A stretch of 40,752 bases of DNA. It comes from an uncultured Clostridia bacterium. Lineage in GTDB: Bacteria > Bacillota > Clostridia > TANB77 > CAG-508. Position 1 is the stretch's first letter. Every line of letters begins with the position of its first letter. Below are positions 8,226 through 18,096 of the stretch, one piece after another. The DNA is taken from positions 1 to 40,752 of the forward strand of contig CAPBNZ010000006.1 of NCBI GenBank assembly GCA_948585895.1. The letters run 5' to 3'. The position numbers and the translations under genes are program-made. The notes beneath the pieces were generated by a model that had not been told where the DNA came from, did no database searches, and saw nothing but the letters and a program-made list of their open reading frames with translations.

Positions 8226-8900
8226 GTGGATATTAAAGCGATTAAAGAAAAATATGATAATAATGTTCCATTAAAAGAGATTGCCAAGAAACACCATATT
8301 ACTTTGAAAAAATTAAATTCTATTATAAAAACTCAAGATTGGCACAGAAAAAGAAGAGGTGGAACAAAAGGAAATAAAGGCGGTCGAGGAGTCAAAGGGA
8401 ATAAAGGCAATAAAAATGCTCATCCACCTGAAAACAATCAAAATGCAGTAGTAACGGGATATTATTCAAAATTTAGAAATTTATTTTCAAAAGAGGAACA
8501 GTCAATTTTAAATGCAAATAATGTTCCAACAGAGTTAGAGCAAATTCAACATGAAATAGACACATGCGATATGCTAGAATATAGATATTTAAAAAAAATT
8601 AAAGAGTTGAAAGAAAAACAAAAGGATTTAACAATTGTATCAATGAATAAATATGGAACACAGGTTTCAACAGAGGCAAAAAGAACAGATGAACTAATAG
8701 ATAAGTTCAATAAATCTCTTATAATGGTACAAAATGAAAGAAGAAAGGCAATTGACTTAAAATTTAAGATAAGGCAAGGAAGCAAGGAAAATAACATAAA
8801 TATCAATATAAATAGTGATAATAAAAATAAAACGACAGATATTCTAGAAAGTATAAACGAGCAATTGTGGGGTGGTAATGATGACACAAACACAGAATAG
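8226..8900 (+). CDS. terS: Terminase small subunit
   Basis: GTG start after aaaggaag. It has an N-terminal HTH-like segment (PLKEIAKKHHITLKKLNSII) and a Gly/Lys/Asn-rich GTKGNKGGRGVKGNKGNKNA motif common in Firmicute TerS. It lies immediately upstream of TerL. Confidence 0.65.
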   Translation: MDIKAIKEKYDNNVPLKEIAKKHHITLKKLNSIIKTQDWHRKRRGGTKGNKGGRGVKGNKGNKNAHPPENNQNAVVTGYYSKFRNLFSKEEQSILNANNVPTELEQIQHEIDTCDMLEYRYLKKIKELKEKQKDLTIVSMNKYGTQVSTEAKRTDELIDKFNKSLIMVQNERRKAIDLKFKIRQGSKENNINININSDNKNKTTDILESINEQLWGGNDDTNTE

Positions 8901-10329
8901 ACCATTTCCACTATCTCAAAAATATTTAGATTTTTTAAGATATATTGCAAGTGCAGAATTTTTAGAGGGAACTACATCAGCTGGTAAAACAACTGTTGCG
9001 GTTCCTAAATTTATGTTTAGAATATCTAATTATAAAGGAACAAAACCAAGTATTATTTCTGGGCTAGATTTAGGAACTATTGAAAAAAACATAATAAATG
9101 CAGACCATGGACTAATTGATGTTTTTGGCGATTACGAAGATGGTGGCAAGATAGAATATAACCCTACTGGAAAAGGAAAAATAAGGCTTCCACATATATT
9201 GTTTCATACACCAAATGGAATAAAAATAATATATGTTCTAGGTTATGATAATAAGAAAAGATGGAAGAAAGCTTTAGGAGGGCAATATTTTGGATTATTC
9301 ATAGATGAGTTTAATATTGCTGATATGGATTTCGTTAGAGAGGCATTTATGAGAGCTGATTATAGATTATGCACATTAAATCCAGATGATCCTAACAAAG
9401 AATGTTTTTCACAATATGTTAATAAAAGCAGACCTATTGAAAAGTACAAGGAAAGTGCACCAAAGCAATTATTAGACTTGCTAAATCAACCTCAAAAGGA
9501 AGATTGGACATGGTGGTATTTTACATTCAAAGATAATGCAAGTTTATCAGAAGAAAAACTAAAAAAAATTATAGAATCAGTTCCAGCTGGGACTAAACTA
9601 TATAAAAATAAAATATTGGGATTACGAGGCAAGACCACTGGTCTTGTTTTTGTTAATTTTGATAGAACAAAACATTGTATTACAAAAGAAAAAGCAAAAC
9701 AATTTATACCAACTAATGATAAAGAGGAAACAATTCAATTGTTACCTAAAATGAGGGTAAAAACAGATGAGTCAGAATACTTTATAAAATTTACTGCCGG
9801 ATTAGATACGGCATATTCAAGTTTGAGCCCAGATACAATAGCAATGTCATTTGCAGGCATAACCAATAGAGGTAAATTCATTCTATTAGATGAGAAAGTC
9901 TATAACAATGCAGAATTGCAAACACCATTAGCACCAAGTGATACAGTAAAAAATTTTATTGACTTTTTAGAAAGAAATCGTAAAGAATGGGGATTTGCAA
10001 AAGATGTATTTATAGATAATGCAGACCAAGCAACAATTAAAGAATTTGAAAAATATAAAAGGCAGTTTGGAAGTATTTATGTATTTAATAGTGCATGGAA
10101 AGCAAAAATGCAGATAATAGATAGAATAAATACTCAATTAGGTTGGTTTGCAACAGGAAATTTCTATGTTGTCGATACATGTGTAAATTATATAAATGAA
10201 TTAGAAGTTTATTCATGGTTAGAAGATAAGGACAGTGTTCCAGAAGATGGCAATGACCACATGGTAAACTCTGTTCAATATTCATTTATACCTTATGTAA
10301 AAATAATTGGAATAGGAGAAAATAAATAA
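8878..10329 (+). CDS. terL: Terminase large subunit
   Basis: Walker A-like GTTSAGKTT, Walker B-like LFIDEF, and a C-terminal nuclease-like region. ATG at 8878 overlaps the end of terS. Confidence 0.85.
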   Translation: MMTQTQNRPFPLSQKYLDFLRYIASAEFLEGTTSAGKTTVAVPKFMFRISNYKGTKPSIISGLDLGTIEKNIINADHGLIDVFGDYEDGGKIEYNPTGKGKIRLPHILFHTPNGIKIIYVLGYDNKKRWKKALGGQYFGLFIDEFNIADMDFVREAFMRADYRLCTLNPDDPNKECFSQYVNKSRPIEKYKESAPKQLLDLLNQPQKEDWTWWYFTFKDNASLSEEKLKKIIESVPAGTKLYKNKILGLRGKTTGLVFVNFDRTKHCITKEKAKQFIPTNDKEETIQLLPKMRVKTDESEYFIKFTAGLDTAYSSLSPDTIAMSFAGITNRGKFILLDEKVYNNAELQTPLAPSDTVKNFIDFLERNRKEWGFAKDVFIDNADQATIKEFEKYKRQFGSIYVFNSAWKAKMQIIDRINTQLGWFATGNFYVVDTCVNYINELEVYSWLEDKDSVPEDGNDHMVNSVQYSFIPYVKIIGIGENK

Positions 10330-11894
10330 TGTGGTTAGGAGATAAGTTGAGAGAAATGGTTAAATCATGGTTAAATATTAGACCAGCACAAGGTCAAGCA
10401 TTTGTAATTAATGAGGATATGGATCATCAAGCAAATTGTATTAGAAATCAAATATGGTACAGAGGAGATAGTCATGAATTGTCTGAATTTTATGGTCAAT
10501 TAACTTATGCAGCAGATACATTTTGGGGTGCTACTCAAACTGCAGATATAAGAATAAAGAAATCGCATACTGGACTTCCAAAACTAATAATCAAAACATT
10601 AGTTAATACAGTTGTAACAGATTATTCTGGAGATGATGCTTCAGATGATTATTGGGAAGAAGTAAAAAGAGAAAACAAGTTTGATACTAAAATGTTAAAA
10701 AAAATAATTATTGATACTCTTGTTTTTGGAGATGGTGCAATAAAAATAAATTATGATCCTAGTATTTCTAATATTGCAATTTTAGAATGGGTTGATGGTT
10801 CAAAAGTTGATTTTAAATATAAAAGAGGCAGACTAACAGATATTATATTCAAATCATATCATGAGCAAAATAATAAAGTATATTTGCTGGAAGAAGATTA
10901 TGGATATGGATATATAACATATAAGTTATATGACAATGACAAAGAAGTTAAGCTAAATACAGTCGAAGAATTAAAGAACCTCGAAGATATTGAATTTGAC
11001 AAAGAAACAATGTGGGCTATTCCAATAATGTTTAATGAAAGCTCAAAATTTGCTGGAAGAGGAGAATCAATTTTTGATGGAAAATATGACTCTTTCGATA
11101 GTATAGATGAAATTACTTCACAATGGCTAGAGGCAGTTAGAAATGGCAGGGCAGTAAAATATATTCCAGAAGATTTACTTCCAAAGGATGCTGAAACTGG
11201 AGAAGTTTTAATGCCAAATCCATTTGATAATAAATTTATAAAAACTCAAACAAGCATGAATGAAAATACACAAAATAAGATTGATGTTGAACAACCAGAA
11301 ATACCAACTGACCAATACTTACAATCTTACATAACATTTTTAGATTTATGCTTGCAAGGTATTATAAGCCCATCAACACTTGGAATTGACAATAAGAAAT
11401 TAGATAATGCTGAAGCACAAAGGGAAAAAGAAAAAACGACTCTTTATACTCGTGGAATTATAATTGAAACTTTATCAGAGTTTATTCCAGCAGTAATAAA
11501 TACAGTATTAAAAGCTAATGCTCAAATGCAAAATGATACCATACTTCCAGAGGATAAAGATGTTTCAGTAAAGTTTGGAGAATATGCAAATCCATCTTTT
11601 GAGGCACAAATAGAAACAATTAGTAAAGGTAAGACTGGAGGAATAATGTCAATTGAGGCAAGTGTAGAGGAATTATATGGCGATTCTAAAACAGAAGAAT
11701 GGAAACAAGGGGAAATTCAAAGATTAAAAGCAGAGCAAGGTATTGTTGAAGAAGAAATCCCAGCATTAAATGGAGAGCTAGATATAAATGAGGTAGATAT
11801 AGAAGATACTTCAAATAATACAGAAAACACAGATAATCCAGAAAATGTTGAAAATAAAGAAATAGACAAACAGGAGAAAGGATTAAATGAATAA
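10329..11894 (+). CDS. Portal protein
   Basis: 521 aa, directly after TerL (taATG overlap), with an acidic C-terminal tail. Position and size are typical. Confidence 0.8.
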   Translation: MWLGDKLREMVKSWLNIRPAQGQAFVINEDMDHQANCIRNQIWYRGDSHELSEFYGQLTYAADTFWGATQTADIRIKKSHTGLPKLIIKTLVNTVVTDYSGDDASDDYWEEVKRENKFDTKMLKKIIIDTLVFGDGAIKINYDPSISNIAILEWVDGSKVDFKYKRGRLTDIIFKSYHEQNNKVYLLEEDYGYGYITYKLYDNDKEVKLNTVEELKNLEDIEFDKETMWAIPIMFNESSKFAGRGESIFDGKYDSFDSIDEITSQWLEAVRNGRAVKYIPEDLLPKDAETGEVLMPNPFDNKFIKTQTSMNENTQNKIDVEQPEIPTDQYLQSYITFLDLCLQGIISPSTLGIDNKKLDNAEAQREKEKTTLYTRGIIIETLSEFIPAVINTVLKANAQMQNDTILPEDKDVSVKFGEYANPSFEAQIETISKGKTGGIMSIEASVEELYGDSKTEEWKQGEIQRLKAEQGIVEEEIPALNGELDINEVDIEDTSNNTENTDNPENVENKEIDKQEKGLNE

Positions 11895-13047
11895 TGAATA
11901 TGATATTTCACAAGCATTTCAAAGAATTGAAGAAACCTTAATAAAATCAATGTCAAGCAATTTAGGTAGACATCTTCGAGAAGAGGCAAAAGAGGGAATA
12001 AATTGGAGTGCTTGGCAAGCAGAACAATTAAAATCATTAGAAGTATATAAAATAAGAAACAAAAAGAGGTTAAACAAAACTTTTTTCAATATAAATACAG
12101 ATATAAAGGATCTATTAAGAGAAAGTCGAGATAATGGAAAACTAAAACAAGAAAAACTAATACTAGAGGCTATTGATAATGGCAATTTCCAATCTAACGA
12201 TAAAAAGATAAATAAATTATGGCACATATATAAAAAAAGTAAAAATCAAAGAATTAAGAAAAAACAAATAAGTAGAATTTATGATATTGTAAATCATTCA
12301 GAGTCAACATTTTTTAAGGTTGATGAGAAGAAATTAAATGCTTTAATAGATGAAACTATTCAGAATTTGAAAAAGGCTGAAACATCAATATTGAGATATG
12401 CGAGTGATAAATACAGAAGTATAATATTTGATGCTCAAGTTTATGCTAATACTGGAAGCGGAACACCACAACAAGCGATAGATATGGCAACACATGATTT
12501 TTTGCAAAGTGGAATAAATAACATTGAATATGCAAATGGTGCTAGAGTAAATATAAAATCTTATGTTGAAATGGCAATAAGAACGGCAAGTTCAAGAGCA
12601 CACATGCAAGGCGAGGGAGAAAAAAGAGATGCTTGGGGAGTTCATACAGTATTGGTTCCCAATCGTGGAGGAGGTTGTCCGTATTGTATTAAATTTCAAG
12701 GGAAAGTATTTATTGATGATGTATGGTCAAGTGGTAGTGCTGAAGAAAGTAATTCCATGGGATATCCATTGTTAAGTGAGGCAGTTAAGGAAAGATTATT
12801 TCATCCTAATTGCAAAGATACAATAGTTACATATTTCCCAGAAATAAATTCAAAGGTTGAGCCACCTACACAAGAACAAATAAAAGAAAAAACAATAAGA
12901 TACAAAAAGGAACAAAAACTTAATTATATAAACAGAAATATAGAAAAATACAAACGATTAGAGCTGGGAAGTCTAGATAGTGATAACATTGAAAAATATC
13001 ACAATAAAAGACTAGAATGGCAAAGTTATAAAGAAAAATTCAAATAA
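11887..13047 (+). CDS. Head morphogenesis protein (SPP1 gp7 / Mu F family)
   Basis: The GGGCPYCIKFQGKVF...LFHPNCKDT motif is characteristic of the MuF/gp7 family. The gene follows the portal. Confidence 0.8.
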   Translation: MNNEYDISQAFQRIEETLIKSMSSNLGRHLREEAKEGINWSAWQAEQLKSLEVYKIRNKKRLNKTFFNINTDIKDLLRESRDNGKLKQEKLILEAIDNGNFQSNDKKINKLWHIYKKSKNQRIKKKQISRIYDIVNHSESTFFKVDEKKLNALIDETIQNLKKAETSILRYASDKYRSIIFDAQVYANTGSGTPQQAIDMATHDFLQSGINNIEYANGARVNIKSYVEMAIRTASSRAHMQGEGEKRDAWGVHTVLVPNRGGGCPYCIKFQGKVFIDDVWSSGSAEESNSMGYPLLSEAVKERLFHPNCKDTIVTYFPEINSKVEPPTQEQIKEKTIRYKKEQKLNYINRNIEKYKRLELGSLDSDNIEKYHNKRLEWQSYKEKFK

Positions 13048-13059
13048 GTTATTAACATT

Positions 13060-13081
13060 AGAGCTGAAAGGCTCTTTTTTA
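13060..13081 (+). terminator. Intrinsic terminator, copy 1 (agagctgaaaggctctttttt)
   Basis: Stem agagc/gctct, loop tgaaag, six T. An identical copy is at 13492. Confidence 0.55.
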
Positions 13082-13116
13082 ATATAAAAATTTAAAAGAA
13101 AGTTGAGGGATTAAAA

Positions 13117-13488
13117 ATGGCTAAAAAGAAAGAAGAATTAAAAGAAGAAGTTGTTACAGAAACAACTGAAAAGGTTGAAGAACCAAAAAAAGAAGAGGTA
13201 GTTGAAGAAAAAATAGAAACTACTGTGGAAGATGCAAAAATTGAAGAAAATGCATCTAATGAAAAAGAAGAGGAAAAGGTGCAAGTTACAGAGAAAACTG
13301 AAAAAGTTCCTACTGTAAGAGAAGTATTTAGAGATAAATATGATTCTAAAGTGGTTTATAATGTTGGAGATACTTTTGTTTTAGATGAAAGTCTAGAAGA
13401 TAATAAACCAGTAAAAGTTAGAGATAAACAATATAAAGTATCAAAAGCAAGATATGAAGAATTAAAAAGATGTTTATATGTTGATTAA
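13117..13488 (+). CDS. Highly acidic Glu/Lys-rich hypothetical protein
   Basis: 123 aa with its own RBS (gagggatt). It is bracketed by two identical terminator hairpins. Confidence 0.5.
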   Translation: MAKKKEELKEEVVTETTEKVEEPKKEEVVEEKIETTVEDAKIEENASNEKEEEKVQVTEKTEKVPTVREVFRDKYDSKVVYNVGDTFVLDESLEDNKPVKVRDKQYKVSKARYEELKRCLYVD

Positions 13489-13491
13489 TTA

Positions 13492-13512
13492 AGAGCTGAA
13501 AGGCTCTTTTTT
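13492..13512 (+). terminator. Intrinsic terminator, copy 2 (identical to 13060-13080)
   Basis: The same 21-nt sequence agagctgaaaggctctttttt. Confidence 0.55.
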
Positions 13513-13604
13513 ATATGGACCAAACACTGATGTCCTTACCAAAAAAGCATGTGCAATTTATTAAATAGTCAATTCAAGACTTAAAAAAGTAGGAGGTAGT
13601 GAAA

Positions 13605-14240
13605 ATGGATGGAGAAAACAACACAAATAATAATGGTGTAAATAATAATTCAAATCCAAATGCCCAAAACACTACTGGGCAACAAACAAATCAAAATGCA
13701 AATCAACCATCAGCTGGAGTTGTAGATTATGCGAAAATCCAAGAAATGATAGATGGTAGAAATGCAAAAACAGAAGATAGTATATTAAAAAGCTATTTTC
13801 AAAAGCAAGGCTTATCTCAAGAGGAAATGGAAAGTGCAATAAATACTTTCAAAGCTCAAAGAGAAAGTCAAGCAAACCAACAAAATAGAGAATTATCAGA
13901 TACTCAAAATTCTTTAAAAACAGAACAATTAAAAAATCAAAAGTTACAAATCTCTTTAAAGGCTTATAGCTTTGTTGATGAATTAAATATAGATAATAAA
14001 ACAATGCCTTATTTATTAAAAATGGCTGATTTTTCTAATTGTGCTGATAAAGATGGAAAGGTAAATGATGAGTCTTTAAAGCAAGCACTACAAAAGGTCA
14101 TTGATGATGTACCAGGATTAAAGAAACAAGTTCAAAATTCTGTAGGTATCACAGTTGGTGCTAACACTAACAATAATCAAGGCTCAAATTCTCCAGCATT
14201 TGATTTCGGATTTGCTGGTGTAAGACCTAGAAAAAAATAA
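13605..14240 (+). CDS. Scaffolding protein
   Basis: ATG at 13605 sits behind aggagg. Asn/Gln-rich N-terminus, helical charged body, and position directly before the capsid gene. Confidence 0.6.
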   Translation: MDGENNTNNNGVNNNSNPNAQNTTGQQTNQNANQPSAGVVDYAKIQEMIDGRNAKTEDSILKSYFQKQGLSQEEMESAINTFKAQRESQANQQNRELSDTQNSLKTEQLKNQKLQISLKAYSFVDELNIDNKTMPYLLKMADFSNCADKDGKVNDESLKQALQKVIDDVPGLKKQVQNSVGITVGANTNNNQGSNSPAFDFGFAGVRPRKK

Positions 14241-14264
14241 TATGAAGAAAAGAGGTAATTTAAA

Positions 14265-15305
14265 ATGGCATTTGAAAAACAAAATTTAAATTATGCTAAA
14301 GAATATTCACAAGCTTTAGCTCAAGCATATCCATACACATTATATTTTGGTGCTTTATGGAGTGCAACAAAACCAGATGTAAAATTCTTAAATAATAACA
14401 CAGTTATTCTACCAAGTTTAAGTGTTAAAGGTAGAGGAAATGGAGATAGAGACACAATAGGTTCTTTCTCTAGAAACTTCAATAATGCAGAGGAAACAAA
14501 GGTATTAAAGACTCATAGAACATGGGATACTTTAATCCATCCAAGAGATATAGATGAAACAAATCATGTTGCATCTATTACAAACATTACAAGGGTAATG
14601 AATGAGGAACAAAAATTCCCAGAAATGGATGCAGAAATGATTACTGCATTATATGAATTAAAAAATGCACAAGAAGCAGTTACTCCAGATGCGGTATTAA
14701 CTGTAACAAATGTGTTAACTAAATTTGATGCCTTAATGGATAAAATGGATGAGGCAAGAGTTCCAGCAGCGGGAAGACTTTTATATGCTGATACATATAC
14801 AAAGACTTTAATTGATACTGCAAAAGAAGCTGCTAGAAATTTAAGTGCAACAGACACTGCAGTTGCTAGATCATTAGACAGAATTGGAGAGGTTGAAGTA
14901 ATTGGTGTACCAACATCAGCTATGAAATCTAAATATATATTCAAGGAATCTGATGGTTTTGAAGTTGCAAAATCTGAATATGGTTTAACTACTGATACAG
15001 ATATAGTTGCTGGAAAAACATACTATACAAAATCAGGAGAAACATATACAGTTGTTGCATCTCCAGTAAAAGCTAGTATTAGTACATACTACGAAGAAAC
15101 TCAAGAGGGTGCAAGAGATGTAAAAATGTTATTAGTACACCCAAGTGCAGTAATTCCAGTAATTGCTTATGATTTTGCAGAATTAGGAGCTCCAAGTTCA
15201 TTATCTAAAGGAAAATGGACATATTTCGAAGAGTCTTTTGAAGATGTATTTATCTTTAATAAGAAACATGCTGGTATTCAGTTTTATATTGAACAAACAG
15301 CCTAG
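14265..15305 (+). CDS. Major capsid protein
   Basis: 346 aa, strong RBS, follows the scaffold. Size and position are typical. Confidence 0.75.
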   Translation: MAFEKQNLNYAKEYSQALAQAYPYTLYFGALWSATKPDVKFLNNNTVILPSLSVKGRGNGDRDTIGSFSRNFNNAEETKVLKTHRTWDTLIHPRDIDETNHVASITNITRVMNEEQKFPEMDAEMITALYELKNAQEAVTPDAVLTVTNVLTKFDALMDKMDEARVPAAGRLLYADTYTKTLIDTAKEAARNLSATDTAVARSLDRIGEVEVIGVPTSAMKSKYIFKESDGFEVAKSEYGLTTDTDIVAGKTYYTKSGETYTVVASPVKASISTYYEETQEGARDVKMLLVHPSAVIPVIAYDFAELGAPSSLSKGKWTYFEESFEDVFIFNKKHAGIQFYIEQTA

Positions 15306-15318
15306 GAGTTGATGAGGT

Positions 15319-15714
15319 ATGAATATATATGCAGATAAAGACTACTACCAAAATAAATATAAAGGTAGTAGTCTTTCAAGTGATAATGAATTAAATAAAT
15401 ACTTACAAGAGGCTACTGATGATGTAAATACTTTGACTTTTAATAGAATTGTTGGAAAGGGTTTTGATAATCTTACTAACTTTCAAAAAGATATAATTCA
15501 AAGGGTATGTTGTCAGTTTGCTGATTTTAAATTTGAGAATGCAGATGTGATTGAGTCAATATTATCTAGTTATTCAATAAATGGGGTATCTCAAAGTTTT
15601 GGAAATAATAATCTTAATGTAAAAGTAATCGAAGGAATTGCAATACCTTTTAGATTATATAAATTGCTAGGACAAACTGGACTAACTTGCAAGAATGCGA
15701 GGTATTATCAATGA
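15319..15714 (+). CDS. Head-tail connector (gp6/gp15-like)
   Basis: 131 aa and the first gene after the capsid gene. Assignment is positional. Confidence 0.5.
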   Translation: MNIYADKDYYQNKYKGSSLSSDNELNKYLQEATDDVNTLTFNRIVGKGFDNLTNFQKDIIQRVCCQFADFKFENADVIESILSSYSINGVSQSFGNNNLNVKVIEGIAIPFRLYKLLGQTGLTCKNARYYQ

Positions 15715-16049
15715 AATATCCATCTTTAGTTAGAAAACAAGATTGTAAAACTGACATTCATGTTGTTTTGTATAGTGATGATATATCTGAAGAGGGAGCT
15801 CCTCAAATTGCTTTGGAAGATGATTTTAAATGCAATTATCAAAACAAAGCAAAAAGAGTTCTAACAAGTGAAAAAGTATCAGTACAAGTTACTGGTACTT
15901 GTTTGTTTCATGAAGATATAGCACCAGATATGACAGATATACATAGTGGTAAAGTTACAGTTTTCGGCAAGGAAAGAGATATTATACAAGGCATAAAGGC
16001 GAGAAATCCAGATGGCACAGTAAATTATGTTGAATTGGATATTGTATAA
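15711..16049 (+). CDS. Head closure / head-tail adaptor protein
   Basis: ATGA overlap with the upstream stop. About 112 aa. Assignment is positional. Confidence 0.45.
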   Translation: MKYPSLVRKQDCKTDIHVVLYSDDISEEGAPQIALEDDFKCNYQNKAKRVLTSEKVSVQVTGTCLFHEDIAPDMTDIHSGKVTVFGKERDIIQGIKARNPDGTVNYVELDIV

Positions 16050-16432
16050 TGTCAAACTTCGTAAAATCAACAATTAAGATAAATTTTCCTAAAATCAAAC
16101 AATTAGATAGAGCAACAACAACAGCATTAGAGGAAACAATTGAGGCATTGAAAACAGAAGTTATAAATGCCCAAGTAATGCCCTTTGATACTGGAAATAT
16201 GCAAAATAATTCTACTTTTACAGATATTTCAAAAAGCAAACAAGGAAATGTAAGTTTAATAACTGCAACACCTTATGCTAGAAGAATGTATTACCATCCC
16301 GAATATAATTTCCAAACCAAAGAAAATGCTCATGCACAAGGAAATTGGCTAGAGCCTTGGATAAGTGGAAAGAATAAAGATTTTGTCGGTAAGGCATTTG
16401 CAAAACTATATAAAAAGGAGGCTGGTTTATAA
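16049..16432 (+). CDS. Neck / tail-completion protein
   Basis: taATG overlap. The motif TPYARRMYYHPEYNF is seen in minor capsid/neck proteins of Firmicute siphophages. Confidence 0.5.
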   Translation: MSNFVKSTIKINFPKIKQLDRATTTALEETIEALKTEVINAQVMPFDTGNMQNNSTFTDISKSKQGNVSLITATPYARRMYYHPEYNFQTKENAHAQGNWLEPWISGKNKDFVGKAFAKLYKKEAGL

Positions 16433-16920
16433 TGTTGAGATTAGTAGATATTAAAAACTGGTTAATTAAATTAGATGTAAAGACAATTGCTGAAATCAAC
16501 AAAATGTCTGTTAGGGAAGTTAATAATTTAAGAGTAAAAGAATTGTTTTCAAAAGGATATGTTGTTGCGGACCATTTTTATATTGGTAAATTAGATAATA
16601 AGAAACAAAAATCAATAGGTGTGTATCAACTACAAACTACAAATCCAAATATTGCAGTAGGTGGTTTAAAGAACACAAAATGCAGAGAAAAGACAGTAAG
16701 TTTTTTAATTCATTGGAACAACAATGCAGATGATACTGAAATAAAGGCTCTTGAGCTATATTATAAATTCATGAATGCTAGGAATTTTTACATTACTAAT
16801 AATATTTTAGTTAATTATATTGACTTGCTTGTGCCAGAGCCAATAGATGTTGGAACAGATAATTCTAATGTCTATGAAAGGGTTATACAAGCAAGATTTT
16901 ATTATGAGGAGGTAGATTAA
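16432..16920 (+). CDS. Tail-completion (tail terminator-like) protein
   Basis: taATG overlap. 162 aa, immediately before the tail tube gene. Confidence 0.45.
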   Translation: MLRLVDIKNWLIKLDVKTIAEINKMSVREVNNLRVKELFSKGYVVADHFYIGKLDNKKQKSIGVYQLQTTNPNIAVGGLKNTKCREKTVSFLIHWNNNADDTEIKALELYYKFMNARNFYITNNILVNYIDLLVPEPIDVGTDNSNVYERVIQARFYYEEVD

Positions 16921-16922
16921 AA

Positions 16923-17372
16923 ATGGCAACAGTAACAAGTGGAGTTTATCCAGTTTTTGATAATGTATTTAAAATTGGAACTGCAGGAAAAACATCTCAA
17001 TCTGCAGACATGAAAGCCATTGCAGATTGTGAAACATTCTCAATGTCAATGGACAATAATGTTGAAGAATGGACACCTATGACAACAGAGGGTTGGATTA
17101 GGAGAATGATGACAGGTAAAGGTTTTTCAATCAGCATTTCTGGAAAAAGGAATGTTGGAGATGATGGAAATGATTATATTGCATCAAAATTATTTTCAAC
17201 TGGTGCAGATGTGGAATCTAAATTTGAATGGGTATTCGCAGATGGTACTACGGTATCATTTGACTGTATTATTTCTGTATCTAATGCTGGTACAGGAGAT
17301 AGCACGAATGTTGCACCTTTAGAATTTGAGGTTATGTCAAATGGAAAACCAACAGTAACACCAGCAGCATAA
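16923..17372 (+). CDS. Major tail (tube) protein
   Basis: 149 aa, located before the chaperone pair and tape measure, and followed by a strong terminator. There is no sheath gene, so the tail is non-contractile. Confidence 0.7.
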   Translation: MATVTSGVYPVFDNVFKIGTAGKTSQSADMKAIADCETFSMSMDNNVEEWTPMTTEGWIRRMMTGKGFSISISGKRNVGDDGNDYIASKLFSTGADVESKFEWVFADGTTVSFDCIISVSNAGTGDSTNVAPLEFEVMSNGKPTVTPAA

Positions 17373-17375
17373 AAC

Positions 17376-17412
17376 AAGCCTCGGTATTTCGGTACTGGGG
17401 CTTATTTTTTTT
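17376..17412 (+). terminator. Intrinsic terminator after the tail tube gene
   Basis: An imperfect GC-containing hairpin (aagcctcggta ... tactggggctt) is followed by eight T (17405-17412). Confidence 0.55.
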
Positions 17413-17442
17413 ATTAAAAATTAAATTTAGGAGGAATATAAG

Positions 17443-17757
17443 ATGGCAAATAGTATTGATATTAGTGCAAAACTAAAAAAGGAGCCTATAAAAATTAAAT
17501 TAACAGAGGATAAGGAATATGAAGTTGATAATAGTGCAGAAACCTTTGTTATAGTACAAGATAAATTAAAAGATAAAGAATTTAGTATTGATGTTATGTA
17601 TGAAGTAATTGAAATACTAATGGGAAAAGATGCATTGAAAGAAATAAAAGATATGAAATTATCTGTAAATGGAATTGAGAGTGTAATTATTGGTTTAATG
17701 GCAGCTATAAATGAAATATCTTATGAGGAAATGGAGAAACGATTTCCAAAACAATGA
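17443..17757 (+). CDS. Tail assembly chaperone (gpG-like)
   Basis: 104-aa acidic protein directly upstream of the tape measure. It overlaps the following ORF. Confidence 0.6.
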   Translation: MANSIDISAKLKKEPIKIKLTEDKEYEVDNSAETFVIVQDKLKDKEFSIDVMYEVIEILMGKDALKEIKDMKLSVNGIESVIIGLMAAINEISYEEMEKRFPKQ

Positions 17758-18091
17758 TGAGTCTTTTTACGATTTAATTGATGATTTTGATTTAATAGAA
17801 AGTTCTTTTGCTCAACAATATGGTATTAGATTAAGAATGGAAATAAATACTATGAAATGGGGCGAATTTTCAAGTTTATTAAGTGGTTTGAATGGAGATA
17901 CACCACTAGGAAATATTGTAAGAATTAGAAGTGAAAAGGATCCAAAAGTAATTAAAAATTTTACTGAAAGCGAGAAGAAAATTAGGTCAAAATGGCTAAA
18001 TAAAAATGCAAAACAAATAAGTCGTGAAGATTATCAACAAGCTATGGAAAGTATAAAAAATATGTTCAAATCCATGGCAAAACAAAATTAA
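17711..18091 (+). CDS. Tail assembly chaperone extension (gpT-like), probably made as a frameshift fusion
   Basis: The reading frame opens exactly at 17711 (stop taa at 17708-17710) and overlaps the gpG-like ORF by 47 nt. It has no RBS of its own. The frame is +1 relative to gpG. Confidence 0.5.
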   Translation: MKYLMRKWRNDFQNNDESFYDLIDDFDLIESSFAQQYGIRLRMEINTMKWGEFSSLLSGLNGDTPLGNIVRIRSEKDPKVIKNFTESEKKIRSKWLNKNAKQISREDYQQAMESIKNMFKSMAKQN

Positions 18092-18096
18092 AAGAA

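Noticed and set aside
8340-8430. Short periodic ggaaataaagg / gggaataaaggc repeats, checked as a possible CRISPR or tandem repeat
   Set aside because: They encode the GNKG repeats of the TerS Gly/Lys/Asn-rich linker. There is no repeat-spacer organisation. No CRISPR array was seen anywhere in the window.
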